A DNA stretch of 64,000 nucleotides. Source: Amoebophrya sp. A120. Lineage: Eukaryota; Protista; Dinoflagellata. Both the position numbers and the translations under genes were made by a program. Of the stretch, positions 38,339 through 49,343 are shown piece after piece. The notes under the pieces were generated by a model. It was not told where the DNA came from and searched no databases. It was given only the letters and a program-made list of their open reading frames with translations. Location of the stretch: positions 1,965,151-2,029,150 of the forward strand of contig CAJINV010000007.1 in the NCBI GenBank assembly GCA_905178155.1, given 5' to 3'. Every line of letters begins with the position of its first letter. Within the stretch, counting starts at the first letter, position 1.

Positions 38339-41300
38339 TTACTTCTCGACGCACTGACTCTCAGCTACATCTTCATACAGAACGGAGACCGGACGGATGC
38401 TATATCGCTGCGGCATATACTTACAACTAACTGTGGGCGACAAACACAGCCACGTCCATGATCTGTCCAGCAAAGCACAACGTAGCCGTGCTTTAGAGCC
38501 AACCCGCGCGGCGTAATCCGCGTGGGATAAAATGCAAAAACTCGTCTTCAGATTAGCCGTGCTTAGGTACCTTATCTGCTGTCCGCTAAACTGCTTTTGC
38601 TTCCCGTTCATATCATTATGTCCCGCCTCCAGCTCCACCTCCTGCAGATTTTTATTTTCCCGAACAGTCCCTGCGACTGCTCTCGCCCGGGGATGCGCAC
38701 TCATCTGTCGAAAGACGCCGTTCTGGCGCTGGCGTTGTGGATCGTTTTGACCGTGCAGATTGTTCGTCGTGCCTACAGAGGCCCGGCTTTGCATCTGCGG
38801 GGAGCAGAAACGCTTAAAAGTCGAGCCAGCTGCTGGCTGGTTCGTTGGGAAATTGTTATTGATGCTTGCGCCTACTGCATTCATGTTCCGTGTGTGCAGT
38901 TGCGGGGATAGCTGCTGGTGTAAAAAGGACGTCGTGGTGGCGGCACTGACATATTGCGTCGGAAATTGTTGTTGTTCCAATTCCAACGCGCGACCTTCAT
39001 TTGTGTTCTGGAGACAGCTCATGCTGTTCACTGTTCCCCCAGTTCTCGCGGCAGGGTGCCACATGTTAACATTCTGGTGCGCAGCGGACGGGTGTTGAAC
39101 TATTCCTGTTGGCAGGATCGGCGCACCAGTTGCAAAATTGTTCGGCTGTTGCTGTTGCTGCTGGGGGAAAGTCGGGATGTTCAAATTCAACTGGACGTGA
39201 TGCTGCAGAAAATTCTGACGCTGGTTTTGATCCTGCTGCTGCTGCTGCCCGACGTCTTCGTTTCTGCCGCCGCGACTGGACGTCGGAGGGGTGCTGTACG
39301 CGCGCGCAGATTTGATCAACATTTGCTGGGTATTTTCCAGCGAATTGTCGGCGGCCGAATTATTCTTGTTGCCGTTATTTCTAGCGCCATACAGGCTCTT
39401 CCCATTCCCAGTCGTGCTCGTGGGGCCAACGCCGCCGGCTTTGATCCCACCATATTGGCGGCCGGAGCTTTTCTTGTGATCAACAGCTGCATGGTCTCGT
39501 CCTGTTTGTGCGTTCCTGTTTCTCGTCCGAAAGGACGACGATTCTTTGTGTTTTGGTACTGGTTTCTTGATATTCCCTGCACCCCCAACATCTGTCGCCG
39601 ATGATGCTGCGCTCTGTTCTTTGTTCCAAGAATGATTCGAAGATTTCTTATCCTTCACAACCGCCATCGTCTCTACTTGTCTTTTGTTCATCCTCGGTCC
39701 CACGAAAGCTGGCGGCTCCGGAGCCTCAGCGGACACCTGTCGTGGGAGCGCTTTCTGCGAGCCAGGAAACCCGCCAACACCCCGGCAGGCACGCCCGGTG
39801 GAGACCGTCAGGGGCTGAAATTGGGACTGCGACGAGTGGACGGGTTCCGGGCGTCGAGTCGCGATCGGAGGGGACAGTGCGCCAGCGCGTGTGTTGAGGT
39901 TGTTGATCATAACCGGGTTAGATGAGGTCATCTTCATGTGGGGCTGCGCGCTTGAAGATGCTGCAGCTCCTCCGTTTAATGTTTTTCCGTTTGTTCCCTG
40001 GTTGTCGCAGTTCAGAAGCGATCGCCCCCCTGGAGGCGGAGACAAGGACCGAAACTGGTAAGACCGCTGCTGCTGCTGCTGCTGCTCTCGGGCGGCCAAA
40101 GATGGAGCTAGTGCTGGTGCTTGTAATATTTTACCAAGAGCCGACGTTGTAGAAGAGCCGGTCATGACGTTGGTCACAGCAGTCTGGTCCGCTGCAAGTT
40201 GCGCTTGGGAATTCGAATGGCTATGCTGGCCTTGTTGGTGTTCCACCACATTCCTCACGTTCAGCAAACTCGCTCGGCTTGCAATGTTTGTGTTAACAAC
40301 TACTCGCTGTTGGTGTTGACCTCCGCATGAATTTGAACTGTTCACGCTCGGTGCAACACCGCTCCCGCGAGCCACGGGGTTAAATTGGAACTGGATGAGG
40401 CCCAGCCCGTCGCAGTTCCGCAAGACCGCGGTTGAGGCCGTTGTTCCGGCGTGCGGTGCCGCGGCTCCAGGGAGTTGTTCTTGCGCCGTCTGCTTGTGCT
40501 GGTGGTCATGCTCCTGCTCGAGGTTGTTCTTGTTCATGGTCGGAGCCATAACCATGTTGTTCTGCTGGTAGCTGCTGCCGCCCATCATGTACGGACGACC
40601 GTGAGCAGGTGGACCATTCACACTAGCTCCTGGACCACCAGGTCCGCCGCCTAGCGCAAAACTCAACTGGCGACGCATGTCTTGCGTCCAGTCCCCGGGT
40701 GTCGGGTCGCCCGTGTTGAAGCTCTTGCTTCCGGACCGGGATAATTTTGTCCCAGTCGACGACCTGGATTTGCTGACGATCGAGCTACGCAGGGTGGAGC
40801 TCAAGCGGCTCGAGGAAGGAGGAGGGTAGTCCTGCTCTACTGCAGTGCCCAAGCCCGTTTGCTGATGTGGAGCTAGTCGTCCTGCAGAATTTCTTCTGAA
40901 TTCACGGCGCAAGTCCTGGTCCGGCCCGCCGGCGGGACAAAGTCCGCGCTGCAAGGCCTTCGGCACAGACCCAGTGGCGGCCTCAGCATTGCTCCTCTTT
41001 CCCTTTCCGCCTGTTCTTGTTCGCGACTGACGAAAGTTTTGGGAAACTGCTGCTGCACTCGATGCCGTTTGCTTCTGGGCGGAAGAGGGGGGCAGCACAG
41101 CCAGCTTATCATTGTTTGTTCCTACAACTTGTTGTTTTCCTTTTGCCGGCGATAATGATGACGAGCTAGGTTGCTTTAATTTAGCCGGACTTTCTTGATA
41201 GTATTGATTCTGCTGATCAATTTTGTTCCTCGCCTTCGCGGTGGAGTTCATCGTTGGTCTCGCCAGCAACTCGGCGCGGACGGAGTGTCGCGTGAACAAG

Positions 41301-44300
41301 AGATTCTGGCTATTCTGCAAGCCGGAACTCGAACGCGCACTCGACTTGGGAGGTGCAGCCGAATTATCGGGAACATTGTTTCTGGCTGAGGCAAGTGCAG
41401 CGCCGGAGATGGAGGACGACGATTTGGATTTGGATGAAGATGAGGATGGGTCTTGATTTTTTAGCATCACGTCCGGCCTTTGATGCGTCGTCATGTAGAA
41501 ATTGCTCGTCGCGCCAACCTCATCTGTTGTTTCTGTGCCAGCCGCTTCGAATGAAGATCCACCGTCGCCGCGCGGAGAGCAATGAAATCCTGCTCTCCCA
41601 GAAGTAGATGAAGGAGTGTGAAGATGATCTTCAGCATGTGCATGTTGATCTCCCAGATAATTACTCCCAATACCGGTCCTCCGCGCCCCCTTGGACTCGG
41701 ACTTGGCTCCGGCGAGCTGCCTGGCATAGTTTTTCACCTGTTCTTTCACACTTGCTCTGGCCGAAGTGGCCGGCGTGCTGCCGCGCGGCGTAGGTTTAAT
41801 ACTGAGGGACGAGGAGTTACTGTTGCTGTCTTGCGGGACGAGGAGCTCGTCGGCGTGGCGTTCTTTTTGCTCCTCCGCAGGACCTCCGACTCCGTCCGTT
41901 GCAGCAACGAACCGGCTCTTGCGGAAATTTTTGGTGGTCTTGTAGGCCAACTTCGAAGCCGCGGCGGCAGCGCTAGTACCTGCGTCGCTGCGGCTTCTAC
42001 GCGAGGAGGAAGCAGTGCTGCTTGCGGATTTGTTGTATCTACTGGTGATACCCTTTGTTCTACTACACAACATACCCTCATCGTCGACGGCATGCCTCTT
42101 ATTCCCAGCGGCGCCACGATGACCTACAACTCGTTCCCCGTAGTTGTCTTTCGAAAACCCCGGCGCGAGGACAGAGTTGGAGGTAGAGGACAGCTTCTAT
42201 CATGTGCAAAAGTCATATCGCAATCGTACTACTACTAATTGCAGTCATGATGCATCATGACAAAACTCCCTAGCATAGCAAAATCCTTCTGAAAAAAAAC
42301 ATGAAAAATGTCTACTAGATGTAGATGCGATACTTTTCCTTTTGCAATGCATAGCTTCGAGGACTTAGCGCTGCTACTTTTCTTGGACGCTGACAAACTG
42401 TCCGCTGCCTTGAGCACAGCCACGTTGTGCCGCGCCCGTGCAATGGCTTCCTGCAGTATCAGGAGGAAAATTCAATACCACACACGTTGTTAGATACAAA
42501 ATCATTATCATCTTGTGTACCAAACTACAATATGTTTCCGATATAAAATCTTCATCATCATCTACGTTCAGCACCATCATGCACTCGTTCTTGTTTTTCT
42601 TTCACGAGTGCTGAACAACTGCAGTGAAAGTTATACATAGGTTTGTACGTGTGGGGTATGAAAACTACATATCACAAATTTGCATTCGCGTATCGAGCTC
42701 TGCCATTTCCTTTTCCAGGCGCAGTTGCTCCCGCACCGCTGCGCTTTCAATCAACGGCTGCAGCGTGGTTTCCACTGAGCTGGCGGCAGACGCATGCACA
42801 GAGGACGAGGCCGCGTCGGATGTTGGCTGTGCTGCTCCGAGGACGACGTGTGCAGCCCCCGCTAGCTCGACTTGATTCTTCATTCCTTCTCCTTGCTGGG
42901 CTCTCCAGGCCTTTTCGGCAGAATATAGACGGGCACAGGGCAACAGAGGGCGCGTGTTTTTTCCCCTCGGCCCCACTTCCCAGGGCCTATTTGCGGACTT
43001 TCTTGAGCACTTTTCTGCGCTAAAGTTTGCTTATCACGGTCGAAAAGGGGCGCCCGGTGAATTTTGGGGTGAATTTTGAAAAGGGCGCCGGTGAGTTTTG
43101 GCCTCCAGCTCCTGTTCAAAATTCGCTAGCGCATGGGAAACTCCGGGTTTTGGGGCTTCAAAAAAGTGTCGCAAAAACAACAACCTTCAAAATTCACCAA
43201 GAGAATTCTTGACCTGGGAGCCACGTCGAAAAAGACTTTCTCCGGAGGCAAAAACACACCTGGGGAGTTGTAAGCCGAGCACAGCAGCAGGCGAAGCAAG
43301 CTAGTGCCCGTGGCCGAGTCGTGCCTTCCCTTTCACCCGAGGCTGCTCCCAGATATCCAATTCCAAGCCACGACCACAACTCATGAGAGCGCACGTGTTG
43401 AACTAGTGCCCCTGTGTTCAGGCGTCGCCCTACGTCCCTTTCGACCATTCCAGAGAGGAACTTCTGAGGCAGACGCGCAGATGAACAAGAGCCCCACGAT
43501 CCACCTTCTTTGGTTACATATGCACTACACAGCCCGGCGGGCCCCCGCAAGACCACTTCTTTCGGTGCTGCAACTGCCACCGGGCGACGAGCAGCCCTTC
43601 ACGCTGCGTGGGCTGCTTGGGCCCGTGTCCAGCCCTTTACGCAGCGCATAATTCTCTTTGAAAGTAAATGCAAGTCATGCAATACAAATTCACTGCAAAT
43701 TCACCCGCCTGTATGCTAACGACCGTCCAAGGCATAATGCAGCCGCTAGCTCGACTTGATTCTTCATTCCTTCTCCTTGCTGCCGCTGTGGTCCACCCTC
43801 GTTTGCATTCTCTTTCGAGGCCGTTGCGCGGCTGGAGGAAGTGGAGGTCCTGAGACCTCCGCCAGTCGTCCCGTCACTGGGAAGATCTTCGCCACCACCT
43901 GTCGTGCTCAGAAGTTGCTTGCTCGGAGAAGTAAACGACTTCGAGCCTGGGTTAGATCTTTGGGCGGATGTAGGAGCTTCCGCGTGCTCATCAACATGAT
44001 TTTTTGCGTCCCGCTTTGGAATATCTTCATGTTCATCTTCATCCGCCCCCGGGTCTGCGTCATTCGTTCGTTGCTGATCGTTTTTTGAAGCCGCGGGCGC
44101 AAACGCAGCAAGCATCATCCCTGCTGTAATATCTTGATCGTCGGTCGTGGGGACAATAGGTGCAACGTCCTCAAACAGTCCTGGTCGACTCGCGTGGTCC
44201 GCTTCAGCGGAAGAAGATGTCCTCGGTTGTAGTTCTTGCCTGTCGTACAGGATAGTATCGCGTTTCCGGGAGGGCGAGTCGGCGAGTTGTTCGTGATTCA

Positions 44301-46291
44301 TGAACGAAAAGTCTTGAGTTACATCATTACAATCGCTTACATCATCAACTGCTGCCGGCAGAAGCGAAATAGTCTTGTCTCCGGCGCCTCCGGCTGAGTG
44401 CAATGTGAAAGTGGACATCAGGTGAACTTGTTGCGCATTCTGTGCGCTAGAAGTTGCTGCACCACCTACGAAGTCGCCAGCCGGTGAAAGTACCGGCAAG
44501 GAGAGTTCTGGCCCTCCTACGCCAGCGCCGCCATGGTTCATCGTTTTTTTGCTACCGTTGTTCGCCGCGCCAACAACCTCGTGCTCTGTACTACCGCCCG
44601 TCGCTACCAAAATTCGAGGGCGACGCGTCGTATTCCCTGAAAATTAACCATCCCCATCCACTTTTTGCATGACAAACACATGATTGTATGTATGTTTTGC
44701 ATGACAAATTGGATGGGGATGGTTAATTTTCAGGGAATACGTCGACATCGGGGGCGCGTCCTCGAACTCAATCGGCTGCGGCGCGGTGCCGCGCGGGTTG
44801 GGTACGGTGGCAGACTTATCCCACAGAAAAACACAAAGAAAAGCGAGTATTGTAGTGAAGCAAAAACAAATCAAAATCAATAGACAAACAGACTTCACCT
44901 GCAAATCTCACTAAAAGCGGGCTGTGTCGGGCTTATTGCTCATGCCGGAAGCGCATGTTGTGCGTTCTTTTTTCATCATTGCAAACGCAAAGAGATATAC
45001 TAGCTTTTTTTTATTTTTTCTGTGTGTTAAGAGTTCTCCTCCTCCAGATCCTCGTCCAGTATCGATATGTCCTGCTTCTGGAGCAGGTGCTGCTTCTTCA
45101 GCAGCTCGATTCTCCTGGTACTCGATTTAGATTTATTAATCTTTTCCTCGTGCAGATGAAAGTGTATGTCTTTACTTTGTTCGGCACAAGTAAGGTTGTT
45201 GTTGAGCAAAACCAGGTCGCTGTTGTTTACCGGGGCAGGAAGTCGTGTTGCATGGTCCCCTGATACTCCGTCGACGTCATCGTTCTGTGTATCAACTGAA
45301 AAAGTATCGTAATCGCACTCGCACTACAATAAAAAATGCATTAGGACTAGCCTTGATTACCGCATGACAGATTTCTATCTTCTCCCCGGAATAACCCAGC
45401 ATCTTCACAAGTTTGAAGATTTTTGTTCTGCGATTCCACATTGTAGGAAGCGATACTATATTTGCAGGAGCATTGGATAGTCATGCTCAGACGGCAACAT
45501 GCTGGGCGCGATCGTCAACACCGACTGTGACTCTTCGCCTTCAGCAAGCGAAAAACTCTGGTCCGCCACAGGTCCCTCGTGGTCGTCGGAAATAACTCTG
45601 TTGTGCTTGTCGAGATGCAGGTACCTAGACCGGACCTCGTTCGCTTTCTCTAGGTTCAACAGGTCTACTGCGGGTTTGTTCGAGTTACCGCTCTCGACGA
45701 CCCCCGTACAGCCACTCAACGCCGAATTTTCATTCATTTTGCCCGGCGAGAACCTCGGCCACAGAGCGGGGGGTTTCGCTAGATTTACACCCGGGTTGCT
45801 CATCTGCATCTCCATCTATGCATTGCAAAAGTAGCATATTTCTCATTCGTGGAAATTTCCTCGTAAAGTTCTAGTTTGGATAATTTTTTCATGGTGGTGA
45901 TTTGTCTTCCGTCATGTGCCACCTATGCAAGACTGTGATTAGGACATGTAGGATTAGGATATTACTTTTGCAGAGGTGATACCATCCGTGCACTTCCGAA
46001 GTCTGACACCGTCATCTCGCCAAGGGAAAGCTTGGAAATCGGCCGCGAAGCCTGTAGCGCCCCAGCAGCAGCAGGGTCGCAAGTTCCGACCTGTAGTTCT
46101 TCGTGCTTTTTAGTGCCAAGCGAGTCGCGGGACTTCTTACTGTTCGCATGAAATTGCCTTTGCGTGAGCGCCAATTTTGTCTCCAAAGCGGCAAGCCGCT
46201 GCTCTTCTAGCGGCAGCGACGTCGCAGGTTCGATGCCGGTGCTGTTTTGAAGGAAAGTTGTACCATTTTTTTCTAAAATTGTTCGGAACAT
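38339..46291 (-). CDS. Large low-complexity (Q/S/N-rich) hypothetical protein, about 8 exons
   Basis: ORFs 45962..46291, 45456..45815, 45027..45209, 44644..44904, 43690..44610, 42665..42976, 42235..42423 and 38339..42073 chain in frame after removing 170, 195, 218, 114, 884, 241 and 161 nt. The 195 and 241 junctions have decayed TSDs. The 3' end is uncertain and may include an exon near 38124-38240. Confidence 0.62.
42198..42353. mobile_element. Introner (tgcaaaag-type TIR)
   Basis: Left arm tatcatgtgcaaaagtcatatcgca vs reverse-complemented right arm tatgcattgcaaaaggaaaagtatcgca. Perfect TSD gcttc. Removing 161 nt restores the frame. Confidence 0.85.
42859..42898 (+). repeat. 40-bp direct repeat of coding sequence, copy 1 (copy 2 at 43743-43782)
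   Basis: ccgctagctcgacttgattcttcattccttctccttgctg encodes QQGEGMKNQVELA in both ORFs and brackets an 844-bp insert. Confidence 0.93.
44631..44739. mobile_element. Introner, family A variant
   Basis: Perfect 30-bp TIR tattccctgaaaattaaccatccccatcca. TSD cgtcg at 44626-44630 and 44740-44744. Element plus TSD = 114 nt. Confidence 0.93.
44817..45029. mobile_element. Introner (cacagaaaaa-type TIR)
   Basis: tatcccacagaaaaa / tttttctgtgtgtta. TSD agact/agagt. Removing 218 nt restores the frame. Confidence 0.8.
45817..45981. mobile_element. Introner (tgcaaaag-type TIR)
   Basis: tatgcattgcaaaagta / tacttttgcagaggtgata. Perfect TSD ccatc. Removing 170 nt restores the frame. Confidence 0.85.
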
Positions 46292-46538
46292 GAACGCACG
46301 TCAGAGATCTGATGTCTTTGTACTGTTACCTTTGCGCTATGGGTCGTGGAGCCAACAGGTAACAACAAGGATCAGGATGCGAAATAGCAGGTCAACAGTG
46401 GTCGTGTTTACATATTGACTAGGCAGATCTGCATCTGGAAGTAGAACGCACCTACTTAGAAAATAAACGCCAGGACCACGTAGTCAGTAACTTACTCATA
46501 GCTGTTGCGACACGATGACCACTTGCTCATCTGAGGTA

Positions 46539-49343
46539 CTAGTAGATTAATATATACCATTTCGTCGTAAAGGCTTGCAGCAGAAGGGAGAGTTCCTGCG
46601 ACGTATTCTCGACCGCACTGCAACACGTATGGAACTGTCAGGATCGAAATCGTCAAAGTTGAAATGATCTGTCATGCATAAAATGGATGTCAGCTGTAAC
46701 CCAGTTTCCACGTGGCGCGTGACAAATTTGGATCGAACCGAAATCCAGTTTGCCATGCTGTTTGGGTAAGGGCGACGCCTTTTGTCATGCTACTTTGCCA
46801 GCTCCCTTTCTGTTTCTACCTCTCAACAGGCTTACAATCTGCCTCACGTGCCATCCCGGCAAGACAGGCAACTCATGCCTTGCATAAAATGCAAGACAAA
46901 TCATCTCAACTTTGTCGATTACGATTTCAAACCTGACACTTCCATAACACGCGTGCGGAGCGTCCAGGTCGGCGGCGAATTCCGCCGCCGCCCGCGCCAC
47001 GCGTCGATAATTTTCCGAGCGAGCGACGGGATCATGATCGTCGTCGTGTTCGTGTCCTTGATGCCCCTTACCTCCAGCTTCTACCGCTCTCTCTCCGTCG
47101 TTCTGCTCCTCGTCCGAGGGTGAGCGTCTTCTTGGTCCTTTTTTGTCGTGGTTCGCAACAGCAGGAGCTTGTTCTTCTACCAAGTCATACTTCAATCCGA
47201 GGACCAGGATTGGGCCGGCGTTTTTCTCGAGCGTGGTCAAGATCGCGCCGCGTTGTTGCTGCAGGTACTGCACCGATTCCAGCTTTGTCACGTCGTAGAC
47301 GAAGATGACGGGCGTGGCCTTGTGCAGCGGCAGAATCCTGGGCAGCGTCAGGTACTCCTGAAAGTAACACGGCACCGCCGCGCCGGCCGTTTCTTGCCAC
47401 CGCTGGATAAGCGTGGTTTTCCCTACGGAAAAACCCCCGACAACCAGGATTTTCGGAACTGGAGCGGTGAAAAGCAGCTTCCTGCTCATCTGCGTTAAGA
47501 AGTCTGGCTCTTTCCTCCTCGCTTGTTCTGCCGAAGTAGAGGATGAGGAAGAAGTAGTTGAGACATAATTGTTTCTACTGCTGGGAACACCTCCTGTGCT
47601 GAGAATGTTCACTTTTCTCGTCATACCGGTGCCCCCGACGCCGGGGGCACTCGCACTGTTCGGCAACAAGCAAGTGCTAGGACCACTCGAAGTCATCGTC
47701 CCTGCTTCTGGACTACTCGCAGTGAGCGCGACCAGGGAGGAAATTTGGGTCAACAGCGCCGAAAGGTTAAGCCCCGTTTTCGCGGACGTGAAAAAGTGCA
47801 ACAACCGCATTTCGTCGCAGAAGTCCGCCACTTGTATCACACAGAAAAAAGCACGCAGGTCGAATTTGTAAAAATGCAAAAATAGAGACACAAAAAAAAA
47901 CTGCATCGCGTATCCTAGACAGCATGCTACGGGGCCGCCCATACATTCATTTTTCGCGGCATTACAAATTAATATCGATATCCCCTGCCTGCTTTTTTCT
48001 GTGGGGTAACTTCCGCGACTTGTTCAGAGGAAAGCTCTCCAGGCACCGGGCCCAACTGCTCATGCAGACAAAAGTTATTGTTGTTCCGCATCTGGTAATG
48101 TTGTTCTTTAACAGCTGCATTCGTCTTATTATTTCCGTGCTGCAGCAGATCTTTAACTTTATTTTTATCGTCCTGGAGGTCGTCGACCTCCACTCCGTCT
48201 GCTTTACAACCGACCACAAGCATGACGCAGTCGGGGCACTCCCGCGGGTTTCCCAAAATCTGCCGGTGCCAATGTTTCACACCGTCGAATGTGTCCTCAA
48301 AGCTCGTCACGTCGTACACTAACAGTGCCAACCGCGCATCGCGAAAGTAGCCGGCAAGCGCACGGTGCACATGGTCACCTCCGAAACCGCAATCGCACAG
48401 GAGAAAAGAAGTTTTTTCATCTACTTCACCGAACAATCCTGCAGCAGTGGGGGAGGATGTTGTTGTTGAAGACACCAGCGTTTTCGTCTGGTATTCCGTG
48501 GGATGGTATTGCGAAGTGAAAGCTCCTGCTGCAAGATTTTCGTGATCCTGACGCTTTTCTTGATCACCCAGAGGAGTTTCTTGGTCTTGCCCGGCCCTGC
48601 CCTCGACACGTGCAGCCTGTAGTATGAGGGTGAACAATTGCCTCTCCCGTCCCACATTTGGATGGCATCAACACAAGTGCTGGCTGCACAGATGCAGCTT
48701 TTGCATGACGCATTCACTTTCACGACCAATTCTAGTGCTGTTTCGGCTCCTTCGGAAACCTGTCACGCAAGCAGTTCCAAAGGGCAAAGGGTGGACTAGG
48801 CATTTTGCATGACAAATGACGGGGAGGGGGACGAGTTGTGCACTCTCATATGCAGCACCGCACTATCACTAGGAGGTGACGATGAAGAAAATGCTGCAGC
48901 GCTTCCACTTGCTTCTTCTAGAAGTGGCCCTACGCCTGTTCTACTTCTAGTTCTTCCACTTTTTTCGGAGATCGCTTTTTCTCCACTCCGTCGTGAGGCA
49001 GCCAGCAATAAACCTTTGCCGAGCGACGTCTTTCCAACAGCTGCGTCGCCGATATGGAGTCCCCAAACGACGCCACACTGCTAGCGGTTGCACGAATTCG
49101 CGACGCAAAAATACCAAAATAGTAATAGATGAAAGGGTGACCTTGCCAGTCCTCTTGCATTACAAAATTGGAAAGAAGTAAGTAGCTTAATCATGGATCA
49201 TATGAAGCGAGGCGGAGGCGGATGAAGATGATGGTAATTTTGCATGACAAATCAAGTATACATCAAACAAAGTAACGTTTGAGTCTCCCATACCCGACCA
49301 GAATGACCTTGCGGCCAGCCACCGTGCCGTGCTGGGAAGCCAT
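46539..49343 (-). CDS. Tandem two-domain Rab-like small GTPase (about 607 aa, 5 exons)
   Basis: Domain 1: RKVILVG/DAAVGKTS, YFRDARLALLVYDVT, VVGCKAD, FFTSAKTG. Domain 2: KILVVGGFSVGKTTLI, FVYDVT, VLGLKYDL, HAC/CSAVEN. Assembled by removing 245, 233, 179 and 324 nt. Confidence 0.82.
46628..46946. mobile_element. Introner, family B
   Basis: TIR tatggaactgtcagg / cctgacacttccata. Perfect TSD acacg. Element plus TSD = 324 nt. Confidence 0.92.
47835..48008. mobile_element. Introner (cacagaaaaa-type TIR)
   Basis: tatcacacagaaaaaagcacgcagg / cctgcctgcttttttctgtggggta. TSD acttg/acttc. Removing 179 nt restores the frame. Confidence 0.85.
48623..48850. mobile_element. Introner
   Basis: tatgagggtgaacaa / ttgtgcactctcata. 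TSD tgtag/tgcag. Removing 233 nt restores the frame. Confidence 0.82.
49053..49292. mobile_element. Introner splitting the P-loop
   Basis: tatggagtccccaaacg / cgtttgagtctcccata. TSD gccga/cccga. Removing 245 nt gives KVILVGDAAVGKTS. Confidence 0.85.

Noticed and set aside
38230-38570. Intron joining ORF 38339..42073 to ORF 38124..38354
   Set aside because: Neither the taggt(g/a)cc repeat (334 nt) nor the GT-AG candidates (327 and 333 nt) give the required frame shift.
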